A model generated the notes under the pieces. The model saw only the letters and a list, made by a program, of their open reading frames with translations, made no database searches and was not told the origin of the DNA. The position numbers and the translations under genes were made by a program. Source: Octopus vulgaris (Eukaryota). Taken from it: a stretch of DNA of 64,000 bases. The stretch lies in NCBI GenBank assembly GCA_951406725.2, contig OX597833.1, positions 11,284,001 through 11,348,000 on the forward strand, written 5' to 3'. This document shows positions 30,045 through 64,000 of the stretch, piece by piece (the stretch's first letter is position 1; every line of letters begins with the position of its first letter).

Positions 30045-30610
30045 ACATAAGTAATTTTCGTTATATTAACAGTAAGTAAATTTATTATCTGGAATGAAAT
30101 TTTATTCTGAAGATGTTAGGAACAAACTTCAGAATAACAGTGGACGGCAATAAGTTATATATCGTACACAAAGTAGTTCCCTCACTGAATATCAAAACTG
30201 CTTCGTCGACAGGTTTCCACAAAAAGCAAATAATAAAACCATTCATTGTCTCATTTTACAAATGTCATCAAAATATTTTCTCATGAGACATCATCAACTA
30301 TTTTCCAATAATTGAAACCATTGTCTCATCTTACAATTTTATGCCAATGTCATCAAAATATTTTCTCAAGTAATATGAGACATCAGCAAGCTATTTCTAT
30401 CCAATAATTACACCAGTCAAATAAGTTCACACCCACATATTCAGTTCTAGCAGTCTCATTGGTTCATAAATTTATGATACGATAGGCAGCAGAATTGAGA
30501 GATTCTGTGCTCGGTAAATAAATAGGTTGAGACCTTCAGTTTAGATCTCATTTTCGATGAATTGTTGAAACAAAGCGCAATATCACGTACCAACGACAAC
30601 TATCACCATA

Positions 30611-41484
<10,874 letters not shown>

Positions 41485-42961
41485 ATAGAAATTAAATTCG
41501 TTTCCATATGAAAATATGTCTGTGAATTTCAATAAATAATATAAAATTTTAATTGTGTTATCTAATATTTTCCTTAAAGTATGTCTATCGTTACAATAAA
41601 CTGTTATACTAGTTTACAGAAGATATTCAAACAATACAAAAGATGCGACGTAGAATGCCAGAAATATCCTCAAAACAAGAAAATCTAAATCTGTCGGAAT
41701 GATTCTAGAAAACATTTTGTAAGATTTCAGTTTATCAAACTTATCGTTGAAATAAAATGTTATTTTGTTTAACAGTATTTTGTCTTTTGTCTCATGATTC
41801 AACAAACCCCAAATAAAGTACCACCATAGAATTATATCATCTTTTCATCTAATACTCGACGCTACTATCTCAGACATCTTGCTTTTGAAATTACAACTCG
41901 GAATCTGACAATGACAAAGAACCACCACATTATTTAACACAGAAAACACATGATCGCTTCAACAACAACAACCAGTTACTTCTACACAAACCATTTTATT
42001 TAGCTTTATTAATCAGGGAAGCTTTCCGTTCCATTCCTACCTCATAACTTATAAAACGTATTTATCATCTACTTTAGAATAAACGCAAAGTATTCCTTTT
42101 AAGTCTTCTGAGAGTGCGGAAACTACACGATCAATCCTTCAAAAGACAGTCGAAATAAGTATTGGTCCTCCCAACCTAAATCTAAATCACAACCTTCCCA
42201 CCTCTCCACAAATAATGACAAAAATGAAACTCGATGCCCACAACACTCACATCATACACTAAACGCTGATATACAAGAATAAGAAAGGAAATCAACCAGA
42301 AAAATTGCCTCATTTCAGCAGCAGAGAACATCAAATACGACGATTTCTTTCACTCATCTACGTAAACATACCAGACTCGAAGAAAGGATGGATCCTAGAA
42401 GCTGAATACATTTCATGCGAAACGAATACAACACCCATAAAAGTGAGAGTAAAGAGAGCAAATATAGTCAGGGCAAGCACGGATGCTGTGTGTAAGAAGG
42501 CTGAGATGTTGTGACCGTCACGTTATATCCAATAGGATTCATGATTGTATGTTGGAGTGTGTCGAATATTTGTTAGATAAACGAAGGTTTCGGTTAAAAG
42601 CATCAAGCTGCAATAAAGATTAAAGATTATTAATGTTTACTATCCCACTATTATTAGTCTGATGGGTAAATCTGCATTCGCTTCTCTAGATTACAAATAT
42701 TTTCCTGGTTGTAAATCGTAAACAATTGCAGAGAATACGGACGCTGGTAGATCTTCAAATTCATCTTTTGATTCAGCGGCATAATTAGACAGTTAAAACG
42801 ACCGCCAGGTGTTTAAGCTGTACAGAGCATGCGCAGCTGCATATGCAACCCGCAATTACAATAGGAAAAATTATGGGACTTTGTTGAAATCTGACATGGA
42901 TGTAAGATTAATTTGTAGCTTATTTCGAATTAACCTTATTTCGAGGGCCAAACCGAGAGTG

Positions 42962-43035
<74 letters not shown>

Positions 43036-43371
43036 TAAATTAGGTCAAACTATATCTGAGGGGTCTAATATGCTTCATCTAAGAAAATTTAATCATAACT
43101 ATGGAATTCCGTCGTACATATGCAGTCCATACGGAAGGTGCACTTGCGAATTGAGTTTCAAATGGGAGACACTGTACCTGTATGTTTTGCTATGATTTAT
43201 AAAACAAGAAGAAAAATATTCAAAGCTAGTGATAATGACTAGCTAAAAATATGTATGAATGTCATTATTCGGTTTTAATAGAATATTTCTGGCCAACAGA
43301 AAGAGAGACGGCTTCTAACTTAGTTCCAAGTATCTTTCATTGGAATTTCAACAACATGAACAGGATATTTT

Positions 43372-45165
43372 TGTATGTATGTATGTATGTATGTATGTAT
43401 GTATGTATGTATGTATGTATGTATGTATGTATGTATGTATGTATGTATGTATGTATGTATGTATGTATGTATGTATGTATGTATGTATGTATGTATGTAT
43501 GTATGTATGTATGTATGTATGTATGTATGTATGTATGTATGTATGTATGTATGTATTCATGTATGTATGTATGTATGTATGTATGTATGTATTTATGTAT
43601 GTATGTATGTATGTATGTATGTATGTATTCATGTATGTATGTATGTATGTATGTATGTATGTATGTATGTATGTATGTATGTATGTATGTATTCATGTAT
43701 GTATGTATGTATGTATGTATGTATGTATGTATGTATTCATGTATGTATGTATGTATGTATGTATGTATGTATGTATGTATGTATGTATGTATGTATGTAT
43801 GTATGTATGTATGTATGTATGTATTCATGTATGTATGTATGTATGTATGCATGTATGTATGTATGTATGTATGTATGTATGTATGTATTATGTATGTATG
43901 TATGTATGTATGTATGTATGTATGTATGTATGTATGTATGTATGTATGTATGTATGCATGTATGTATGTCAGGTCACTTTCGAGTGCTACTGGTAACATG
44001 TAACCCAGTACAACCTGTTGCATTGTCGGGTCGTCGGCGACTAAACCGGCAACCACACCAAGCTTGCTTGGTGAGGAGGGAGTTTATTGGACACCCTGCG
44101 GGATGAAAAACAAAACCCGTCAAAGAGCGGAGGATTTCTTGAGAGTCAACGGCCATCCAATATATGTCTTAAGGCTGTATCATGCGCGGGGACATAGAAA
44201 TAATCGGACTGAATACCCGATCGCGCGGTTAAACCATTGGGAGTGAAGGACTCCTAGCCTTTTTTAGGGCATCCTTCTAGGAGAGGGTAACTCAGGTAAC
44301 TGGGATAACTCCGACATAAAACCTGCGGCTCAGTGGTTACCGATGATGTTGACTTTTTCTTCTTTTCGGATTATGGCTGCTGTTGCTTAGTGACTGGGAT
44401 TGACTCAGTGCACAGCCTTTCCTCGCTTTAAAAAAATCTTCATGCACAGGCATTGCACGATAACAACATTGATTAAGCTTCGTGCAATGCCCATACTCGA
44501 TAACGAGGGGGCAGCAACATACATGCATGTATGTATGTATGTATGGATGGATGGATGTAAGTATGTATGTATGGGTGTATGTATGTATGTATGTATGTAT
44601 GTATGTATGTATGTATGTATATGTGTTATCGATATATACATGATTACATTCAACAATGTATGTATGTATGTATGTAAGTATGTGTGTATGTATGTATGTA
44701 TGTATGTATGTATGTGTGTATGTATGTATGTATGTGTATGTATGTATGTATGTATGTATGTATGTATGTATGTATGTATGTGTATGTATGTATGTATGTA
44801 TGTATGTATGTATGTATGTATGTATGTGTATGTATGTATGTATGTATGTATGTATGTATGTATGTATGTATGTATATGTATGTATGTATGTATATATGTA
44901 TGTACGTGAGTGTGTATGTATGCATGTATGTATGTATTGGGGTATGTATGTATGTATATATGTAAGTATGTGTGTATGTATGTATGTATGTATGTGTGTA
45001 TGTATGTATGTATGTATGTTTGTATGTATGCCTGTATGTATGTGTGCACGTATGTATGTATATATGTATGTATGTATGCATGTATGTATGTATGTATGTA
45101 TGTATGTATGTATGTATGTATGTATGTATGTATGTATGTATGTATGTATGTATATATGTATGTAT
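43372..45165. repeat. Long (TATG)n arrays interrupted by a ~550-bp insert
   Basis: 43372-43968 and ~44525-45165. Confidence 0.95.
43970..44518 (+). mobile_element. Probable non-autonomous RTE-related short element within (TATG)n
   Basis: Unique higher-GC sequence with an RTE-5'UTR-like gggcatcc..taggagagggtaactc...aaacc motif; no ORF. Confidence 0.4.
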
Positions 45166-45334
45166 GGGTGGGTGGGAATTGGTAGGTTTTGATTTTGATA
45201 TTCACATAAAACTTTTCTAATCCGATTAACGCTTGTTGTGAAGAATCCAATCCGAACAGCGGACTTCATTAGATTAAGTCTTGCGATTACTGTGTGGGTT
45301 GAACGAAATACTTCCCACACTGAATATTAAAACA

Positions 45335-45336
45335 GT

Positions 45337-45368
<32 letters not shown>

Positions 45369-45538
45369 CAGTGTGTGCGTGTGTGTGAGGGGGTGTCGGT
45401 GTGTGTGTGTGTTAGTGTGTGTGTGTGTGTGTGTTTGTTTGTGTATGTGTGTGCGTGAGTGTGTGTGTATGACAATGTATGTGTGTTTGTCAGTGTGTGT
45501 GTCAGTGTATGTGTCTATGTGTGAGTGTGTGTGTGTGT

Positions 45539-45605
<67 letters not shown>

Positions 45606-45627
45606 GTGTGTGTGTGTGTGTGTGTGT

Positions 45628-45696
<69 letters not shown>

Positions 45697-45700
45697 TGTG
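45335..45700. repeat. Compound (GT)n tract upstream of copy D
   Basis: Visible directly; flanked by a 39-bp direct repeat. Confidence 0.95.
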
Positions 45701-46119
45701 TATTCGTCTGTTGAACGAAATACTTCCCACACTGAATATTAAAACAGTTTCCCAATAATAACAAATAAAATTAAATAACAACATTAGTAAATAAATATAT
45801 CATAATATATCCAGAAACAGGAATCATTTCACTTTACACGTGTCTCTCATTCATCAAAATATTTTGCTAATTATTGTGTGACAATATCAAACCATCTCTT
45901 TCCAATAATTAAACCTGTCAGACAAGTTCACACCCGCTTTTACAGTTCCACCAATCGCATTGGTTCATAAATTTACGATAAGATCTATGCCAGAGCTGGG
46001 TTGTTGTGCGCTCAATAAATACGTGGAATTCAGTTACAGGTCTTCAGCTTAAACCTCGCATCTCGATCTTTTGTTGAAGCCACACGAAGTATCACGTACG
46101 ACCGACAACTGTCACCAGA

Positions 46120-58976
<12,857 letters not shown>

Positions 58977-60074
58977 ATAGAAATTAAATTCGGTTCCATA
59001 TTGAAATATGTCTGTGAATTACAAGAAATAATAAGAATTTTTACCTAATATTTTCTTTCAAGTATGTCTATCGTTAAAAGAAACTGGTATATCAGAAGAT
59101 ATTAAAAACCATACAAAAGAGGCGACGTAGAAAGCCAGAAATATCCTGAGAAAAAAAATCTAAATCTGTCGGAACAATTCTGGATAATATTTTATAAGAT
59201 TTCAGTTTATCAAATTAATGTTAAAATAAAATGCCATTTCGTTTCACAGTATTTTGTGTTCTGTCTCATTATTCAGAAAACCCTAAATATAGTACCAGCA
59301 TAGAAATATATCAGCTTCTTTTTCACAGCCTTAGAAAATCTGATACTTGACGCTACTATCTCAGACATCTTGCTTTTGAAATTACAACTCAGATTCTGAA
59401 AAGGACCATGAACCACCATATTATTTAACACAGAAAACACATGATCGCTTTAACAACAACAACCAGTTACTTCTACACAAACCATTTTATTTGCCGCTAT
59501 TAATCAGAAAAGCTTTCCGTTCCATTCTTACCTCATAACTTATAACCTAAATCTAAATCACAACCTTCCACCTCTCCACAAATTATGACAAAATGAAACT
59601 CTATGCACAGAACACTCACATTATACACTAAACGCTGATATACAAGAATAAGAAATAAATCAACTAGAAAAAGTGCCTCATTTCAGCAGCAGAGAACATC
59701 AAATACGACGATTTCTTTCACTCATCTACGTAAACATACCAGACTCGAAGAAAGGATGGATCCTAGAAGCTGAATAGATTTCATGCGAAACGAATACAAC
59801 ACACATAAAAGTGAGAGTAAAGAGAGCAAATATAGTCAGGGCAAGCACGGATGCTGTGCGTAAGAAGGCTGAGATGTGGTGAACGTCACGTTATATCCAA
59901 TAGGGTTCATGATTGTCTGTTGGAGTGTGTCGAATATTTCTCAGATAAACGAAGGCTACCAAGATTACTTAGTGTTTACAATCCCGAAGCAATTATTCTG
60001 ATGGTTAAATCCGGATTCACTTCCCTGGATTACGAATATTTTCATGAGTATAAATTTGCATCTCTGAATCAGAA

Positions 60075-60565
60075 TTGTTCAGATCAATTTTCCCTGTTCC
60101 TGAGATATTTTACCCAATTTTGGCTAATAATGTAAAAAAGAATTCATCCTTATTCTTTGGCTTATTACTTTGCACAGTTCTAGCCAAACATTCCCAAAGA
60201 TTTTCGATGGGGTTTAATTCGGATCACTGCTCTGGCCACTGCTCCGGCCACAGCATCAACCGTACTCTCTTAGACCTAATGTAATCTCTGACAAAGTGCG
60301 AGGTTGTTTCGGGTCGTTGTCATGCTAGAAAGTCCAAGATCGGCCCAAATGAATTGCGGGCATATGAAAGCAGTCTAATGCAATATTTCTAGGTAGGACT
60401 TAGTATCCATAATGCCCTTCATTCCGGTTATAGGACCAACGCTTTTGCAGACATGCACCCCATACCATCACACGTCCACCAATGTAGGTTAGACGCATTC
60501 TGGATGATATTCTTCGCCTATATGCTTTCTTACATACTTCCTGCCATCACTGTCGAACATATTGA
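60075..60565 (-). mobile_element. Tc1-like transposase relic
   Basis: Minus strand reads F*HDNDPKQ and WPEQ*SELNPIENLW (Tc1 FQHDNDPKH / WPSQSPDLNPIENLW). Confidence 0.75.
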
Positions 60566-60569
60566 ACTT

Positions 60570-61070
60570 TATGTATGTATGTACGTATATATGTATGTAT
60601 GTACGTATGTATGTACGTATGTATGTATGTATGTATTATGTATATATGTACGTATGTATGTATGTATGTATGTATGTATGTATGTATGTATGTATGTATG
60701 TATGTATGTATGTATGTACGTATGTATGTATGTATGCACGTATGTATGTATATATGTATGTATGTATGTATGTAGGTATGTATGTACGTATGTATGTATG
60801 TATGTATGTATGTATGTATGTATTATGTATGTATGTATGTATGAATGTATGTATGTATGTATGATGTATGTACATATGTATGTATGTATGTACGTATGTA
60901 CGTATGTATGTATGTATGTATGTATGTATGTATGTATTATGTATGTATGTACGTATGTATGTATGTACGTATGTATGTATGTACGTATGTATGTAAGTAT
61001 GTATATATGCATGCATGTATGTATGGATGGATGGATGGATGGATGGATGGATGGATGGATGAATGGATGT
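60570..61070. repeat. (TATG)n/(GGAT)n microsatellite
   Basis: Visible directly. Confidence 0.95.
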
Positions 61071-61204
61071 AGGCTTATATGTAGGTAACGAAATCCGATT
61101 TGTATTTGTCTCGGATAGAAACCGTGACACCAAATTAACAAACTGGTCATTCTAGTATTACAAGCCAAAGTTACAAATTACATTTTTATACAAAGAATCT
61201 CGGT

Positions 61205-63000
61205 TACGATGCTCTGTTTCAATTAGACAGTCGGATTCCCCCGGTCCGTACCAGTTCCGAGTCGACCGCTCGCCGCCGGCCGAACGCCTGCCGCGCGTCG
61301 CGGTGCGCGACGACGACCGACCCCTGACGGAGCCGAGCCGCGCGCTCAACGACGCGACGGCGAGCCCGACGCCGTGTCGCTCCACGGCGTCCCGGGTGTG
61401 GAACCTATTTGTTCGCGCCCACTACGCCCCGGGCGCCCCGTATGAAACCGAGCCACCGCCGGACGACGGCTCGCGCACGGTAAGCCCCCGCGCGAGGTTC
61501 CGGCAGCCGCGGCAACGCCCCAGCCGCGCGCGAGCTTTCCGGACCGGGAGGTCCGTAGGCGGCGGCGCGACGGAACGCAGCGCAGCGGAGGGAGAGTACG
61601 CGCGCGTAGAAGCCGACCCGCGTTGACCGAAGGAGCGAAGCGGGTTGCCCGCCGACGCAGCGACGACTGTCGGAAAAATGGGGCGCACCGGGATGCCGAG
61701 TCCGACGCCAACGCTACAGCCCCGTACCAGTCCACCGCTTCGCGTGAAGACGTGTTCCGGCGCCCGGCGGTGCGACGCTGAGCGAACGGCGACGCGACCG
61801 CGCGGGAGCGAGGCGACACACACGGCCCGACCGACCCGGTCCTCGGAGCCAATCCTTCTTCCGAAGGTACGGATCCATTTTGCCGACTTCCCTTACCTAC
61901 ATTGGCGCTATCGACGAGAGGCTGTACACCTTGGAGACCTGCTGCGGATGGTGGGTACGGACCGACTCGAGAGCTGCGATTCGTTACGGACCCGGATTTT
62001 CCAGGGCCGCCGAGAGCGCACCGGACGCCGCCCGAGACGCGGCGCTCTACAGGTACCATATCTGTATCTCCGGACAAACCGATTCCACGGACGCGGTCCT
62101 TTGCGAAGAAGAGAGAACTCTTCCCGGGGCTCCCGGCAACGTCTCCGGGCTCGCTTGCGTTGCCGCTGCTTCGCCCGGCCGCCGACTTCGATGATGGACG
62201 CGCTGCTAGGAAGAGCACGCCGCGTTCCTGCCGACGGACGGGCACTCTCCGAGTTTGGGTTCGGGAATATTAACCCGATTCCCTTTCGATGCGAGGCCCG
62301 CCGCGTACTACGATGAACTGGAAGTTCTTTGTTTACAACGACGGATCCGGCGCCTTTCGTGGAAGCTTTCGCCCGCTTCTTAGGACCGACTGACCCGTGC
62401 TCGACCGCCGTTGGCACGGAACCCTTCTCCACTTCGGTCTTCGAAGGTCTCGTTCGAATATTTGCTACTACCAACGAGATCTGCACCCGCGGTTGGCTTC
62501 ACCCGGGCTCGCGCCCGCGGCTTCCATGCACGCCGCGGCGCCCTCCTACTCGACCGGGAATCGGAAAGTCGCCTCGCCGGCGTTCGCGCAACCTGTCGCC
62601 CGGCCGGTCCGGCATCGGTCGCTCGCTCCAGCGCCATCCATTTTCGGGGCCGGTCGATTCGGCAGGTAAGTTGTTACACACTCCTGAGCGGATTCCGACT
62701 TCCGTGGCCACCGTCCTGCTGTCTATATCGACCGACACCCTTTCGGGGATCTAATGGGCGAAGCGTAGGGCACCTTAGCCGGACGTTCGGTTCATCCCAC
62801 ATCACCAGTTCTGCTTACCAAAAGTGGCCCACTTGGCACCGTGCATTCGTCGTCGCATAACGGCGGCGGCCTCCGATCGGGAGAGGAGCGGCCCGTTTCG
62901 CCCGTTCCGAGTTCGAGAGTAGATCGAGGCCGTCAACGTCCCCGGGGCCTCCAGTCGTTCGCTTTACCGGACGGAATTGCGTGTCGTTCACCCGCTGGCG

Positions 63001-63043
<43 letters not shown>

Positions 63044-63517
63044 CGGCTCGATTGGTCTTTCGCCCCTACACCCGGTTCCGACGATCGATTTGCACGTCAG
63101 AGGCGCTTCGGACTTCCACCAGAGTTTCCTCTGGCTTCGTCCCGACCGGGCGTGGATCGCCATCTTTCGGGTCCCCGGCCGCCTGCTACACCTGAGTCGG
63201 AGCGGGAACGCGCGGACCCGACCCGGGAACGATGCTTCGAAGCGCCGTCCCACCAGAAGCGAGACGGCGACGTCGTGTCACGTTCTCGCTTTCGCTGTGC
63301 CGTCGGAGTTCGCGAAGTGAAAGGCTCCAACGACTCGCAGTCGACTGGGACTCCTCGGTCCGTGTTTCAAGACGGGTCGGGCAGGTTGCCGATGCTCGTC
63401 GCTGACCGGGGGCACCGGGCGGCTTTTCGGGCGGGGTGTCCCGCGACCGCAACGCGCGTCGCCCCCTTGCGAGGGATCAGCGCGGTCGCGGCGCGCGGGC
63501 GGCCGCGTCGCTCGCAG
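61205..63517 (-). rRNA. 28S rRNA: Partial 28S rRNA gene (orphan fragment, probable pseudogene; from D2 to just past D8)
   Basis: Reverse complements of conserved LSU blocks: gacccgtcttgaaacacggacc, agtagctggttccctccgaagtttccctcaggatagc, ggtaagcagaactgg, cgaaagggaatcgggttaatattcc, gtaggtaagggaagtcggc, gaactggtacggacc.ggggaatccgactg; sharp GC jump; no 5.8S, 18S or ITS nearby. Confidence 0.93.
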
Positions 63518-63854
63518 TCTCGGAAGCTGACAAATCGAGAACAATGTAATAATTTATGCGGTTTTAATCTCACAATTCGGATTCATAAAAGGACAGAAAG
63601 TGCATGAGGGCTTTACCGACAACAACAACAGCAACAACAAAAATAACTTCTATATGCACCATTGCGTTGGCCCTGAATGCGCATCAACAGTTTCCTATCT
63701 AGATTCAGTTCTCGTCTTATAAAAGGTATTAATCATCTACTTCAGAAATATCACAAAATGCACACCACCCAACTAACTATCTGTAGGTAATCATTCATGC
63801 ATGTTGGTGCGTGTGGAGTATTTCTCAGATAAATGACTAAGATATCGGTACGAA

Positions 63855-63910
<56 letters not shown>

Positions 63911-63959
63911 TATATATATATATATTCAAATATATCCATATGCATATACATATTATATA

Positions 63960-64000
63960 GGCGCAGGAGTGGCTGTGTGGTAAGTAGCATGGTTCCGGGT
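63960..64000 (+). mobile_element. 5' head of a tRNA-derived SINE (runs off the window)
   Basis: ggcgcaggagtggctgtgtggtaagtagc matches the head of 32385-32780. Confidence 0.75.

Noticed and set aside
61158-63607. Many overlapping Arg/Ala-rich ORFs of up to 299 aa
   Set aside because: A by-product of GC-rich 28S rDNA with few stop codons.

Overview
Eukaryotic, microsatellite- and TE-dense genomic DNA, most likely an octopod cephalopod (inferred from the SINE families, repeat landscape and GC-rich divergent 28S; not verified). The backbone is a + strand tandem array of a 4-exon gene (144/52/75/500 nt coding exons, 256 aa) that the ORF track only partly shows. It encodes an N-terminal hydrophobic anchor or signal, a short stalk, and a 10-Cys collagen-IV-NC1-related 'short-chain collagen C4' (spongin-related) domain, with no Gly-X-Y helix. 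Copy A lacks exon 1 in this window, copy B has an 8-nt frameshifting deletion, copy C is intact, and copy D/E is an in-frame chimera of two former copies. Amino-acid differences between paralogs cluster in about six short patches on a near-invariant framework, and the copies are recombinational mosaics. Introns carry shared old RTE-LINE and Helitron relics, a young CR1-type LINE, tRNA-SINEs, a mariner, a palindromic element with two Helitron-like 3' ends, and several Penelope-derived foldback elements with hammerhead-ribozyme motifs. The window ends with a Tc1 relic and a 2.3 kb orphan 28S rDNA fragment. All analysis was by eye; no searches were run.
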